From Gammaproteobacteria bacterium (lineage in GTDB: Bacteria > Pseudomonadota > Gammaproteobacteria > UBA4575), in NCBI GenBank assembly GCA_965243395.1, contig CBDEUS010000001.1:704001-768000 (forward strand): a DNA stretch of 64,000 nucleotides. Direction: 5' to 3'. The notes below the pieces were generated by a model. That model saw nothing but the letters and a program-made list of their open reading frames with translations, was not told the origin of the DNA and did not search any database. The position numbers were made by a program, and so were the translations under genes. Positions 28,116 through 39,583 of the stretch are shown here, one piece after another; position 1 is the first letter of the stretch, and every line of letters starts with the position of its first letter.

Positions 28116-29534
28116 TTAGTCCTTTTTAGTTTTCTTATTTTTTCTAACTTTACGGGTGTGCATTGTACTACCAGTTGCTTTTTGTTTAGTTAGGTCTTGT
28201 TGTTCTTTTTTAACCGCTACACCCCAATCTAATTCCTCATCTTGTTCATAACGTTTGCCTAGTTGCCAAGCTATTTGTGCTCGTGCATGTTCAACCCCTA
28301 AATAAAAAGCATGCCCGCCGTCATCTTCTACATTCAGTTTGGGGAAAATATCATATGGATCGATCGTAGTATGTAAGCCGTCTCTATTGTAGGTATGTAT
28401 GCCATCTTCGCTGACTTGAATACGAAAATTCGGATCTTTAATTTCTGCAGCAAATTCTTGTACTTCTTCAAAGCTATAGGGAAAAGCTTTGCGTTCATGC
28501 AATGCCATCAAGCCGTTATCATATCCTTTAGGTGGAATACTATCGATTCGAGAGGCAAACATGATTCGCCGAGCAAGATCTGCCTCTCGGACAGCACAAC
28601 GACAATGCTCACTTACTTCAGTTGCTAATACATGATTAATTTCTAATTCAGAAATAATACCTAACAATAATGCGTTGGTACCAGCAGAGTCAGCGTGAGT
28701 AAGTTCTGTAAGATTGCCGATACCCATGATCATTTCGATATCTGGATATCGTTTGCGCAAATTACGATAACGTACGATAGATTCTGTAAATCCAAAATGG
28801 ATCGGGTCCAATATGGAGTCAGCAATAAATCTTCGCTTCTGCTTAATTAAAATATCAATTGCACGATATAGAGAACGTGCATCTGATGGAGTGTTCCCAA
28901 TAAGTATCGGTACAGAATCAACTTCATCTAATATCCATAAAGTTTTCTCACTGATGCTGAGTAAATAGTCAGCGCCTGCTTTTCCACCTGCCACTAAATC
29001 TTCGGCCGTAAGTGAATCCACACTTACTTTGTATCCTTCAGATTTAAGCGCCTGAACGGCTTCGGTCAGATGCGGGAAGGGCGTGCTAGGTAGGCATCCC
29101 AAATCAATCACATTTGCGCCATCTTGTTTATATGTAAGTGCTCTTGTGACTATGTCGCTTACAGACATATTGGGTGCATCGACAATCTCAGCAAAAATTT
29201 GTACGTCGTATTTAGATAGGTCAGCTTTTCGATCTACGAGGCCAAAGTAAGCTGGCAAGTCTTTGAGCTCTTCGGGGCCGCGCTCAACGGGTAGATTTAA
29301 TACAGCTGACAAGGTATCAATATCACCGCGACAGCGTCCTGGAAGTATGACTTTATTTGCATCGCCTGTATCTGTTAACCGTTTCTCAATCAGACCGGTA
29401 GTCATTAAAGCTGCCACACTTACTCCTAGCTGGCGTACTTCATAGGTAAAGTCTGTCGGTTGCATGGATTCTAAAACGCGATGCAAACTTTTTTCTGCAA
29501 GCTTTCCTGTTAAAAATAAAATATGTTCAGCCAT
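28116..29534 (-). CDS. Dihydropteroate synthase-like protein Orf20 (methanopterin synthesis)
   Basis: LFLTGKLAE, VAALMT, GPEELKDLP, IFAEIVDAP, GNLTELT.ADS and HAFYLGVE.ARA motifs. Confidence 0.88.
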   Translation of the reverse strand: MAEHILFLTGKLAEKSLHRVLESMQPTDFTYEVRQLGVSVAALMTTGLIEKRLTDTGDANKVILPGRCRGDIDTLSAVLNLPVERGPEELKDLPAYFGLVDRKADLSKYDVQIFAEIVDAPNMSVSDIVTRALTYKQDGANVIDLGCLPSTPFPHLTEAVQALKSEGYKVSVDSLTAEDLVAGGKAGADYLLSISEKTLWILDEVDSVPILIGNTPSDARSLYRAIDILIKQKRRFIADSILDPIHFGFTESIVRYRNLRKRYPDIEMIMGIGNLTELTHADSAGTNALLLGIISELEINHVLATEVSEHCRCAVREADLARRIMFASRIDSIPPKGYDNGLMALHERKAFPYSFEEVQEFAAEIKDPNFRIQVSEDGIHTYNRDGLHTTIDPYDIFPKLNVEDDGGHAFYLGVEHARAQIAWQLGKRYEQDEELDWGVAVKKEQQDLTKQKATGSTMHTRKVRKNKKTKKD

Positions 29535-29727
29535 GATTCTGCAAAGTAATTACTTAAGGAGATATAGATAAGTAGCTAATAAATATAATGATTAAGAATT
29601 GAGTTAAAGTGATATATCAGGTTTCAGTAGGGATCATTATAGTACGAACTAGTAAATTACAGTGCTTTAAGTGCGCGAACTTGTTTAGAATATATTTGCA
29701 ATTATATTTCATCTAAATTGTTCATAC

Positions 29728-31455
29728 ATGCTAACCACAATTAAGCGTCGTCCTGACGTAACTGTCAGTGAAGAATTCAATGATTTTCCACCAATCCTCC
29801 AACGCATATATGCTCAGCGAGGAATTAGTAGTGAAGAAGAAATTAATCATTCATTAGCAAAAGCCTTATCTCCAGGGAAATTACTCAATGTAGAAGCGGG
29901 CGTAGAGCACATCTATAAATGTATGCAAAATAATCAACGTATCCTGATTGTTGGTGATTTTGATGCCGATGGCGCGACAAGCACGGCTTTATTTATACGT
30001 GTACTAAAGTGCTTTGGATTTAATAATGTTCAATACCTGGTACCGAATCGATTTGAGTATGGCTATGGCTTAACACCTGAAATAGTAGAAGTAGCTATTG
30101 ATTATGAACCAGCATTAATCATTACGGTTGATAACGGGATTTCGAGTATTGATGGCGTTGCCGCAGCAAAAGCCAAAGGTATTGATGTCATTATCACGGA
30201 CCACCATCTGCCAGGTAAAGAGCTTCCTGATGCAGATGTCATCATCAATCCTAATCAAGATAATGATGAGTTCCCAAGCAAGCACTTAGCGGGCGTAGGT
30301 GTAGTGTTTTATGTTTTATCAGCGCTTCGTGCGCATTTGCGAGAGCATAACTGGTTTATTGATATGAATATTCAAGAACCAAACTTAGCTCAATTCTTGG
30401 ATATTGTAGCTATTGGCACTGTCGCAGATGTCGCAAAACTGGATTACAACAACAGAATTTTAGTTGAACAAGGATTAAAGCGAATACGTTCAAATAAATG
30501 TTGTCATGGTGTACGTGCTTTACTAACTATCGCGGGTAAAAAACTTTATCGTATTAGTTCAACCGATTTAGGATTTGTGATAGGGCCACGTTTAAATGCT
30601 GCGGGTCGTTTAGAAGATATGTCTCTTGGAATTGAATGTCTGCTAACAAATGATGAATCACATGCACTAGCTCTTGCAGAAGAACTAAATCATTTAAATG
30701 AAGAACGTAAGCAGATTGAACGAGATATGCAAAAGCAGGCAATCAGTGTTTTAAAATCGGAAAATATTAAAGAAGTTACTGTAAATAAATATGGAATTTC
30801 TCTGTTTGACCCATTATGGCACCAAGGAGTTATCGGGATAGTTGCGGCCAGAATTAAGGAAAAATATCACCGACCTGTAATTGTATTCGCGCAAGCAAAT
30901 GAAACCGAACTAAAAGGTTCTGCACGTTCAATACCGGGATTACATATTCGTGATGCCCTTGAACTGCTTGCTGCTAGATACCCACACTTGATAAATACAT
31001 TTGGTGGCCATGCAATGGCAGCCGGATTGTCTATACCAATAAAAAGCTTCGTAGAATTTGAAGAAACTTTTAACCAAGTTATCGAAGAACTTGTATCACC
31101 CGAACAACTTGAAGCGATTTTGTTATCAGATGGAGAGCTTAAGGAAAAGGAGTTGTCACTTGATGTTGCAGAAATGTTGTTTCAAGCTGGCCCTTGGGGC
31201 CAGGGTTTCCCAGAACCTGTATTTGATGGAATATTTAATGTCAACGAACACAGAATTGTGGGAGATAACCATCTCAAGTTAAATGTCACTCCTAGTGGAG
31301 GGCAGCAAAAAATCGATGCGATTGCCTTTAATATTGATAAACACCACTGGAGGGAAGATACCGATGAGATTCATATTGCTTATCAATTAAGCGTAAATGA
31401 ATTTAGGGGAACACGGAGCCCACAATTAATAATTCAATATTTAGAGTCACTATAG
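29728..31455 (+). CDS. recJ: Single-stranded-DNA exonuclease RecJ
   Basis: GDFDADG, TVDNG, TDHH, PRLNAAGRL and GGHAMAAG motifs. Confidence 0.97.
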   Translation: MLTTIKRRPDVTVSEEFNDFPPILQRIYAQRGISSEEEINHSLAKALSPGKLLNVEAGVEHIYKCMQNNQRILIVGDFDADGATSTALFIRVLKCFGFNNVQYLVPNRFEYGYGLTPEIVEVAIDYEPALIITVDNGISSIDGVAAAKAKGIDVIITDHHLPGKELPDADVIINPNQDNDEFPSKHLAGVGVVFYVLSALRAHLREHNWFIDMNIQEPNLAQFLDIVAIGTVADVAKLDYNNRILVEQGLKRIRSNKCCHGVRALLTIAGKKLYRISSTDLGFVIGPRLNAAGRLEDMSLGIECLLTNDESHALALAEELNHLNEERKQIERDMQKQAISVLKSENIKEVTVNKYGISLFDPLWHQGVIGIVAARIKEKYHRPVIVFAQANETELKGSARSIPGLHIRDALELLAARYPHLINTFGGHAMAAGLSIPIKSFVEFEETFNQVIEELVSPEQLEAILLSDGELKEKELSLDVAEMLFQAGPWGQGFPEPVFDGIFNVNEHRIVGDNHLKLNVTPSGGQQKIDAIAFNIDKHHWREDTDEIHIAYQLSVNEFRGTRSPQLIIQYLESL

Positions 31456-31510
31456 ACTTACTTTGTTTTGCGCTACTATACGCCCGCAATAACCTCACAT
31501 AATTAAAAAT

Positions 31511-32606
31511 ATGGAAATTAACCCACTACAAAATTTAATAGAAGATCTTCAATCTCGTTCTGCAAGTTTAAGGGGGTATCTTTGACTATGAAACAAAGCG
31601 CGAACGTTTGGACGAGGTTAGTCGAGAGCTAGAAGATCCTGAGATCTGGAACCAACCAGAACTTGCGCAAAAACTCGGCAAAGAACGTTCTAACCTTGAA
31701 GCAGTGGTGAAAACCATCGACGATGTAGAGGGTGGCGTGAACGACGCGAGTGATTTACTTGAGCTTGCCTCCAATGAAGGTGATGAGGAAACTCTAAAGT
31801 CGATTGAGGAAGACTTACAAGGCTTGGATGCACGCGTTGCGGAATTGGAATTTCGCAGAATGTTTGCTGGCGAAATGGATCCAAATCATGCTTTTCTTGA
31901 TGTGCAATCAGGATCGGGGGGTACTGAAGCCCAGGATTGGGCTGAAATGTTATTGCGAATGTATTTGCGCTGGGGTGAGAGAAAAGGATTCAAGACAGAT
32001 TTAATTGAAGTGTCACCAGGTGAAGTGGCAGGTATTAAAAGTGCAACTATAAAATTTGAAGGAGATTATGCTTTTGGTTGGTTACGAACAGAAACAGGAG
32101 TGCACCGACTTGTTCGAAAGTCTCCTTTTGATTCTGGAAACCGCAGACATACATCTTTTGCAGCGGTATTTGTTTCTCCAGAAATAGATGACGATATTGA
32201 AATTGATATTAACCCTGCAGATTTGCGCATTGATGTTTACCGAGCAAGTGGTGCCGGAGGGCAGCATGTAAATAAAACGGAATCTGCTGTAAGAATTACA
32301 CATTTGCCAACCGGCGTTGTGACACAATGTCAAAATGATCGTTCACAACATAAAAATAAAGATATAGCAATGAAACAACTTAAAGCAAAACTTTATGAGT
32401 TGGAGATACAAAAAAGACAAGGTGAACAGCAAGCAGTAGAAGATAGTAAAGCGGATATTGGATGGGGGAGTCAGATACGTTCATATGTGCTGGACCAGTC
32501 GCGAATAAAAGATTTACGTACCTCTGTTGAAACGGGCAACACTCAAGCAGTATTAGATGGTGATTTGGATCAGTTTATCGAAGCCAGCCTTAAATCGGGA
32601 TTATAA
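31511..32606 (+). CDS. prfB: Peptide chain release factor 2, with programmed +1 frameshift
   Basis: ATG 31511 reads 24 codons to CTT-TGA (31580-31585); the +1 frame continues into the ORF carrying SPF and GGQ. Confidence 0.97.
31571..31586 (+). promoter_or_regulatory. RF2 autoregulatory frameshift site
   Basis: AGGGGG-TAT-CTT-TGA-C, the canonical internal SD plus slippery site. Confidence 0.95.
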
Positions 32607-32620
32607 ATAGTTAACTTAGT

Positions 32621-34111
32621 ATGTCAGAAGAAAATAATATTAGTGAACAGGAAGAAAATAAACTGATTGCGCAGCGACGTGCAAAGTTAAATGAGTTGCG
32701 TAATAAAGGAAACGCTTACCCGAATGTATTTAGGCGTGACAGTTATGCACAAGACTTGCAAGAACAATTTAGTGCTAAAACAAAAGAAGAACTTGCAGAG
32801 TTAAATCAAATTGCAGCCGTTGCCGGGCGCATCATGGCAAAACGAGGACCGTTTCTTGTCTTGCAGGACATGTCCGGTCGTATTCAGTCGTATATAGATC
32901 GCAAAAGCCTAGATAAAGAACTAGTAAAAGAAATTGATACTTGGGATATAGGGGACATTATTGGTGTAAAGGGACCCATAAGTAAATCTGGTAAAGGTGA
33001 TCTATATGTAAAAATAGAATCCGTATTATTACTAACTAAATCATTGCGGCCTTTACCTGAAAAATTTCACGGCTTAACAGATCAGGAACTACGTTATCGC
33101 CAGCGCTATGTAGATCTAATCATGAATGAAGACACGCGTAGTGTCTTCAAAATGCGAACTAAGATTATTCAATATATTCGTGATTTTCTAACTGAACGCA
33201 GGTTTACTGAAGTTGAAACACCCATGATGCAGGCTATTCCTGGCGGTGCGGTCGCTCGTCCATTTGAAACGTTTCACCATGCGTTAGATATTCCCTTGTA
33301 TATGCGCATTGCGCCAGAATTATATTTGAAGCGCCTCGTAGTAGGTGGAGTGGAGCGTGTATTTGAAATTAATCGCAGTTTTCGTAATGAGGGTTTATCT
33401 ACTAGACACAACCCAGAATTTACCATGGTGGAGTTCTACCAAGCATATGCAGACTATCATGAGTTAATGGATTTAACTGAAATACTCATGCGAGGACTTT
33501 GTAATGATGTATTAGGAATAACATCTATACAGTATGGTGATGAAACATATAACTTTGACAAACCCTTTACACGCATGACGGTTAAAGAATCTATTTTGCA
33601 TTTTAATCCGAATATAACGGAAACAGATATTGATGATGTAGAGAAAGCTAAAAATGTTGCTGAAACGCTCAGCATACCCATTAAGGATGCTTATGGTTTA
33701 GGTAAAATTCAAATTGAAATTTTTGAGAAGACGGTAGAAGAAAAACTCAAAGATCCAACTTTTATTACCCAATACCCAACTGAAGTATCACCTCTTGCAA
33801 GAAGAAGTGATGAAGACCCTTTTGTTACGGATCGATTTGAATTTTTTGTCGGTGGTCGAGAAATTGCCAATGGTTTTTCTGAATTAAACGATCCTGAAGA
33901 TCAGGCAGAACGTTTTAAAAAACAAGTTATAGAAAAAGATGCTGGTGATGATGAAGCCATGCATTACGATGAAGATTATATTCGTGCATTGGAATATGGT
34001 TTACCACCTACAGCAGGCGAGGGAATTGGAATTGATCGATTAGTGATGTTGTTTACGAATACGCATAGTATTCGCGACGTGATTTTATTTCCGCATATGC
34101 GTCCTGAATAG
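32621..34111 (+). CDS. lysS: Lysine--tRNA ligase (class II)
   Basis: [25 protein letters not shown]...HNPEF and GIGIDRLVM motifs. Confidence 0.97.
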   Translation: MSEENNISEQEENKLIAQRRAKLNELRNKGNAYPNVFRRDSYAQDLQEQFSAKTKEELAELNQIAAVAGRIMAKRGPFLVLQDMSGRIQSYIDRKSLDKELVKEIDTWDIGDIIGVKGPISKSGKGDLYVKIESVLLLTKSLRPLPEKFHGLTDQELRYRQRYVDLIMNEDTRSVFKMRTKIIQYIRDFLTERRFTEVETPMMQAIPGGAVARPFETFHHALDIPLYMRIAPELYLKRLVVGGVERVFEINRSFRNEGLSTRHNPEFTMVEFYQAYADYHELMDLTEILMRGLCNDVLGITSIQYGDETYNFDKPFTRMTVKESILHFNPNITETDIDDVEKAKNVAETLSIPIKDAYGLGKIQIEIFEKTVEEKLKDPTFITQYPTEVSPLARRSDEDPFVTDRFEFFVGGREIANGFSELNDPEDQAERFKKQVIEKDAGDDEAMHYDEDYIRALEYGLPPTAGEGIGIDRLVMLFTNTHSIRDVILFPHMRPE

Positions 34112-34115
34112 TTTC

Positions 34116-35159
34116 TTATTGCTCCATATCTAAAGAATAAGGTAATGACTCGTGAAAAATCTTACCACTATTCTTTTCTCCAAGATGTAAATCATCTGCG
34201 TTTTCTTTCGCTGTGCGTAATACTGTTAGAGCGGAGCAATTATTTTCATTTATTTTATGTGCAGTAACGATTTTGCCTACTGGCTGGTCACCATCCGATT
34301 TAGAATAAACATTATCACCTGCTAAAGGACATTTGGTGTCGTCAATTTTTATACGATACATTCGACGATTCGGTTTTCCCAAGTAATGCGTGCGAGCAAC
34401 GATTTCTTGTCCTGGATAGCATCCTTTTTGAAAATTTACACCATCAATTAGTTCTAGATTTACCATTTGCGGAATAAAGGCTTCACTGGTTACAGAAGTT
34501 ATTTGTGGGATTCCATCTTGGATATCAAATATTTCCCATATTGAAGAATTCGCTAGTGTTACTTGTTTGGAAATATCATTCCAAATGTTTATTGCACGAT
34601 CTACTTTGCAGATAAATAGATAACGCAAATTTAGACTAGGTATTTTAATAACTGTTGAATCAGAAATTTGTGTAACCTGATTATTTTCTTTTAGTGGAGT
34701 TAGATTAACTGTACTAAGAATCTCATCAGAGCCAGGACCCGCTAGACCAAATACAACATACTCATCAGAGACGTCCTTTAACTCAACTTTAGCCATCAAT
34801 TTAAACATGTTGAGTTTTTTTAAAGTAATTTCAATCGTATCTTTGTGTAGTAATAGAAAATAATTTTCACTTTGTTTGAAAACACGAAATATCGATAGCA
34901 TTCTTCCTTTGGGATTACAGTAACTACTCAGTTGACTCATGTCAGAAGTAATTGCGTTAAAATCATTAGTAAATTGTCCATGCAAAAAGCTTTGAGTCTC
35001 TTCACCACTCGCTTGTATGATTCCTAAATTTGATAAGTCACATAAATAGGTACTTTCGGTACTGAAGCTCAAATTTTCCGTGTCAGAGAAAGAAACAAGT
35101 CGATCATTGTCTAATACAGCACCGCGCTTTACTAAATATTCTTGCCAGATGTTGTTCAT
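34116..35159 (-). CDS. ygfZ: Folate-binding protein YgfZ
   Basis: KGCYPGQE motif; divergent from sdhC. Confidence 0.92.
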   Translation of the reverse strand: MNNIWQEYLVKRGAVLDNDRLVSFSDTENLSFSTESTYLCDLSNLGIIQASGEETQSFLHGQFTNDFNAITSDMSQLSSYCNPKGRMLSIFRVFKQSENYFLLLHKDTIEITLKKLNMFKLMAKVELKDVSDEYVVFGLAGPGSDEILSTVNLTPLKENNQVTQISDSTVIKIPSLNLRYLFICKVDRAINIWNDISKQVTLANSSIWEIFDIQDGIPQITSVTSEAFIPQMVNLELIDGVNFQKGCYPGQEIVARTHYLGKPNRRMYRIKIDDTKCPLAGDNVYSKSDGDQPVGKIVTAHKINENNCSALTVLRTAKENADDLHLGEKNSGKIFHESLPYSLDMEQ

Positions 35160-35419
35160 AATAAGTTGCTTAAATTTCAGTCAAAATAAATAAATCGTAC
35201 ATTTAATTAGGTTTTAGGGTACTTAAATTATTGCAAATCATAGAATTAAATTCATTTAAGCGATTGTTATTGTTCACATTTCTTTAGAGATATGTTCAAT
35301 ATCCAGTGTCAATCGGGTAGTATTCAGACCATAATAAATCGATTTCATCACCTCTACTAAATGGATGTTTAAATAAGTATTTCCAGAGGTGTACTAGCAA
35401 GCAATGTAAGAGGAGTTAC

Positions 35420-35803
35420 ATGGCGAATAATCAACGGCCATTATCGCCACATTTGGGAATTTATAAATGGCCTTTAGCCATGGCGATTTCGATTCTTCAC
35501 CGAATTACCGGTGTAGCCCTAGCAGTTGGCGCTGTATTGATGGTTGCTTTATTTGTAGCCATAGCCTCTGATCCCGAATGTTATGAATGGATGCGATCAA
35601 TACTTGCGGGCAAAATTGGTAAATCATTTTTATTCCTTTGGACAATTGCACTTTTTTTGCACCTATTCAACGGCATACGACATTTGTTTTGGGATGCTGG
35701 CTACGGGTTCGATAAACAAACAACATTTAACTCTGGTGTTTACACTCTATTAGCAACCGTAGCATTGACTGTTGCAGTATGGGGTGTCGCATATTTTTCT
35801 TAA
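35420..35803 (+). CDS. sdhC: Succinate dehydrogenase cytochrome b556 subunit
   Basis: RPLSPHL, SILHRITG and HLFNGIRHLFWD motifs. Confidence 0.95.
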   Translation: MANNQRPLSPHLGIYKWPLAMAISILHRITGVALAVGAVLMVALFVAIASDPECYEWMRSILAGKIGKSFLFLWTIALFLHLFNGIRHLFWDAGYGFDKQTTFNSGVYTLLATVALTVAVWGVAYFS

Positions 35804-35813
35804 AAACTAAATT

Positions 35814-36185
35814 ATGTCATTACGAACTCCATTATCTGAGGCCAAAGGATTAGGATCTGCAAAAGAGGGTGCTAGTCACTGGTGGCTGCAAAGATTAACT
35901 GCAATTGCATTAATTCCTCTAGCCATTTGGTTGGCGTTTGCAGTAGCTAAGTTAGGAAGCGCAGATTATGAAACTGTAGTTGCCTGGCTTTCAAGCCCAT
36001 ATGTTGCAGTCGCACTAATTATATTTGTTGTAGCGACGTTTTATCACACGCAACTTGGTTTACAAGTAATTGTTGAAGACTATGTTCATGGTTGGTTGAA
36101 AATAGTGACTTTGGTAATAATTAATTTTCTATGCATCGTATTAGCGGTAATTGGAATTGTTGCACTACTTAAAATCTTTTTATAA
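35814..36185 (+). CDS. sdhD: Succinate dehydrogenase membrane anchor
   Basis: HWWLQRLTA and H..LGLQVIVEDYVH motifs. Confidence 0.95.
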   Translation: MSLRTPLSEAKGLGSAKEGASHWWLQRLTAIALIPLAIWLAFAVAKLGSADYETVVAWLSSPYVAVALIIFVVATFYHTQLGLQVIVEDYVHGWLKIVTLVIINFLCIVLAVIGIVALLKIFL

Positions 36186-36194
36186 AAACTAACG

Positions 36195-37985
36195 ATGAGT
36201 AAAGCTTACAATATTATTGAGCATGCCTATGATGTAGTAGTTGTAGGTGCAGGTGGTGCAGGATTGCGCGCAACTTTAGGTATGGCAGTCAGTGGTTTGT
36301 CTACTGCATGCATTACTAAAGTATTTCCTACAAGAAGCCACACAGTAGCGGCACAAGGTGGAATGAGTGCGGCACTGGGTAATATGGGCGAAGATGATTG
36401 GCGTTGGCATATGTACGATACCGTTAAAGGTTCGGATTGGTTAGGTGACCAGGATGCAATTGAATATATGTGTCGGGAAGCGATTCCGGCAGTGGTCGAG
36501 CTTGAACATTATGGTGTGCCATTTTCCAGAACCGATGCGGGGAAAATTTACCAACGGCCATTTGGTGGAATGACTACTCACTATGGTGAAGGTATAGCAC
36601 AGCGAACATGCGCTGCAGCAGATCGAACAGGTCATGCAATTCTGCATACGTTATACCAACAGTCTTTAAAACATAATGCTGAGTTTTTTATTGAATATTT
36701 TGCAACTGATTTATTGATGGATGACGATGGTAGTTGTAAAGGTGTAATGGCGTGGGACTTGGCAACAGGTGATTTGCATATCTACCGTGCACACATGGTT
36801 TTGCTTGCTACGGGTGGTTACGGACGGACTTATTTTTCGTGTACGTCTGCGCATACCTGCACGGGTGATGGGAATGGGATGGTATTGCGAGCAGGGCTTC
36901 CTCTGCAGGACATGGAATTTGTGCAGTTTCACCCAACTGGAATTTATGGCGCAGGTTGCCTTATTACAGAAGGTGTGCGAGGTGAAGGGGGTTACTTAAC
37001 AAATTCTGATGGTGAACGTTTTATGGAACGTTATGCACCTAATGCTAAAGATTTAGCATCACGTGATGTTGTAAGCCGATCCATGACCGTTGAAATTAAT
37101 GAAGGTAGAGGGATCGGAGAAGAAAATGATCATATCCATCTACACTTGGAACATTTAGGTGCGGATTTGATTAATGAAAAACTCCCCGGAATTGCCGAGT
37201 CTGCCAGAATTTTTGCGGGTGTAGATGTCACAAAAGAACCGATACCGGTTATACCAACCGTGCACTACAACATGGGCGGTATTCCAACTAATTATCATGG
37301 CGAAGTGGTGACATTAAACAATGGTGATCCGGATACAGTTATTCCAGGTCTGATGGCTATTGGCGAAGCTGCTTGTGTATCCGTGCATGGTGCTAATCGT
37401 TTAGGTTCGAACTCACTACTTGATTTGGTTGTATTTGGTAGGGCGGCTGCCATTCGAACATCCGAGCTCGTTAAACCCAAGCAAGCTCATAGCGAATTAA
37501 AGAACGGTGCAGTAGATAAAGTTTTAGATCGCTTTGATAAATTACGACATGCAAACGGCAGTGTGGCGACAGCCGACTTGCGTTTAGAAATGCAAAAGAC
37601 GATGCAAAATCATGCTGCTGTATTTCGAACTGGGGAATCTATAGAAAAAGGTTTGCAAAAGCTTAAAGTATTGAATGATCAAATGGATGATCTAAAAGTT
37701 ACAGATCGCTCTATGATCTGGAATACGGATTTAGTTGAAACTTTAGAACTCACTAATTTAATGCCACAAGCCTTGGCTACTGCACAATCGGCATTAAATA
37801 GAACTGAAAGTCGTGGCGCACAAGCGCGTGATGATTATCCTGAACGTGATGATGACAATTGGATGAAGCATACTCTAGTCTCAGTGGACTCTAAAGGAGA
37901 CGTTACAATCGATTATCGTCCAGTGCATATGTATACACAAACAGATGATGTGGAAGTGATTCCACCTAAAGCAAGAACCTATTAA
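36195..37985 (+). CDS. sdhA: Succinate dehydrogenase flavoprotein subunit
   Basis: [22 protein letters not shown] and [11 protein letters not shown] motifs. Confidence 0.98.
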   Translation: MSKAYNIIEHAYDVVVVGAGGAGLRATLGMAVSGLSTACITKVFPTRSHTVAAQGGMSAALGNMGEDDWRWHMYDTVKGSDWLGDQDAIEYMCREAIPAVVELEHYGVPFSRTDAGKIYQRPFGGMTTHYGEGIAQRTCAAADRTGHAILHTLYQQSLKHNAEFFIEYFATDLLMDDDGSCKGVMAWDLATGDLHIYRAHMVLLATGGYGRTYFSCTSAHTCTGDGNGMVLRAGLPLQDMEFVQFHPTGIYGAGCLITEGVRGEGGYLTNSDGERFMERYAPNAKDLASRDVVSRSMTVEINEGRGIGEENDHIHLHLEHLGADLINEKLPGIAESARIFAGVDVTKEPIPVIPTVHYNMGGIPTNYHGEVVTLNNGDPDTVIPGLMAIGEAACVSVHGANRLGSNSLLDLVVFGRAAAIRTSELVKPKQAHSELKNGAVDKVLDRFDKLRHANGSVATADLRLEMQKTMQNHAAVFRTGESIEKGLQKLKVLNDQMDDLKVTDRSMIWNTDLVETLELTNLMPQALATAQSALNRTESRGAQARDDYPERDDDNWMKHTLVSVDSKGDVTIDYRPVHMYTQTDDVEVIPPKARTY

Positions 37986-38006
37986 ATTTTATATTGAGTA
38001 ATTTAT

Positions 38007-38789
38007 ATGGCGCAATTTACTTTACCTGCTAATTCTGTTGTCAAACCAGGCAAAACCTTTAAATGCCCAACGAATAGTAACAATATTAAAAAAGTAACTG
38101 TATATCGTTACGAGCCAGACACTGGAGAAAATCCTCGTACGGATACTTATGAAGTGGATATGAATGACTGTGGCCCAATGATTTTAGATATCCTTATCAA
38201 AATCAAAAATGAAATGGACCCTACGTTAAGTTTTAGGAGATCTTGTCGAGAAGGTATTTGTGGATCATGTTCGATGAATATCAACGGTTCAAACACACTC
38301 GCATGCACGAAAGCGGTTGATGATTACAATGGGGATTTAAAAATTTATCCTTTACCACATTTGCCAGTGGTAAAAGACTTGGTAGGTGATTTAACAAATT
38401 TTTATGCGCAATACGCATCTGTAAAACCCTGGATGCAAGCGGATACTCCACCACCGCCTGATCGTGAGCGATTACAATCCAAGGAAGATCGCGAAAAGTT
38501 AGAAGGGCTAGAAGAATGTATTTTATGTGCTTGTTGTTCTACAAGCTGTCCAAGCTATTGGTGGAATAGTGATCGGTATTTGGGTCCAGCCACTTTATTG
38601 CAAGCATATCGGTGGATAGCAGATAGTCGTGATGAAGCGACAGGAGAACGCCTAGATGAGCTAGAAGACCCATTTAAATTGTATCGCTGTCATACCATCA
38701 TGAATTGTACGAATACATGCCCTAAAGGATTGAATCCAGCAAAAGCAATTGCAGAAATTAAAAAATTGATTGCCGCCAGAAGAAATTAA
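38007..38789 (+). CDS. sdhB: Succinate dehydrogenase iron-sulfur subunit
   Basis: [22 protein letters not shown] and [12 protein letters not shown] motifs. Confidence 0.98.
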   Translation: MAQFTLPANSVVKPGKTFKCPTNSNNIKKVTVYRYEPDTGENPRTDTYEVDMNDCGPMILDILIKIKNEMDPTLSFRRSCREGICGSCSMNINGSNTLACTKAVDDYNGDLKIYPLPHLPVVKDLVGDLTNFYAQYASVKPWMQADTPPPPDRERLQSKEDREKLEGLEECILCACCSTSCPSYWWNSDRYLGPATLLQAYRWIADSRDEATGERLDELEDPFKLYRCHTIMNCTNTCPKGLNPAKAIAEIKKLIAARRN

Positions 38790-38794
38790 AACGA

Positions 38795-39028
38795 TTGCCT
38801 GAAAATGTTAACAAATTAGCATGGCGCTGCCGACGCGGCACTAAAGAATTAGATGTTTTAATGCAAAAATTTCTTAATAATTTCTATCTATCTGCTCCTG
38901 AAGAATTACAACAAGCCTTTGAGCGTATGCTGGATATGCAGGATCCAGAATTATATGATTTACTTATAGGACGACAACCTTCTTCGGATCATGCGATAAA
39001 TAAAGTGATTGAATACATCTACCGCTAA
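38795..39028 (+). CDS. sdhE: Succinate dehydrogenase flavinylation factor
   Basis: WRCRRGTKELD motif; TTG start. Confidence 0.9.
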   Translation: MPENVNKLAWRCRRGTKELDVLMQKFLNNFYLSAPEELQQAFERMLDMQDPELYDLLIGRQPSSDHAINKVIEYIYR

Positions 39029-39440
39029 TGTCAATTTGATTTTAAAACCTTCCAGGGTTTTATTACTAGTTTTTAGTTTTCTCTATTTGCTAGCAATTAT
39101 CTCAGTACTTTTATTATCAGTGCATGTGTGGATAAAAGTGTTATTTATAGTTTCCATCATATTGATGGGTTATTTTCAAATTAAACAATATGCATTGCTT
39201 GTTTCAAAGGATGCAATTAGACTCTTAAATTGTTCTTCCAAAAATAAATGTAAGCTTGAGCTAAATAACAAACATCGTTATTTAACAAGTATTGTTTCTG
39301 CTAATTGGTTGTTTAACTATTTTGCGGTAATAGTTTTGCAAAGTAGCACAAAAAAGTTTAGCGTCATTATCGCAAAAGATGCTTTGAGTCAAGAGCAATT
39401 CTATACATTGCGTTTATACCTTCGGTCTTTAAATAATTAA
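39009..39440 (+). CDS. YgfX-like membrane protein
   Basis: Two N-terminal TMs and C-terminal D.L....F..LR..L; overlaps sdhE as in the sdhE-ygfX pair. Confidence 0.7.
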   Translation: MNTSTANVNLILKPSRVLLLVFSFLYLLAIISVLLLSVHVWIKVLFIVSIILMGYFQIKQYALLVSKDAIRLLNCSSKNKCKLELNNKHRYLTSIVSANWLFNYFAVIVLQSSTKKFSVIIAKDALSQEQFYTLRLYLRSLNN

Positions 39441-39583
39441 CGATAAGTAAAACAAATTTCACTCGTTTTCAACTTTGTGAGAGACTTCAAATTATGCAAA
39501 AATGAATTTGCATAAAACGTATAACGACTATTTTGAAATTTTATTAATCGAGGTAGTGGACAAACGCATGCCACATTAGTTAA

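Noticed and set aside
31511-31607. In-frame TGA early in prfB suggesting a pseudogene
   Set aside because: This is the canonical programmed +1 frameshift (AGGGGG-TAT-CTT-TGA-C); known and functional.
35420-38789. SdhA/SdhB look more alphaproteobacterial/mitochondrial than E. coli-like
   Set aside because: As I recall, this type occurs in several non-enteric Gammaproteobacteria, and the ygfZ and sdhE context is native; no sign of recent transfer.
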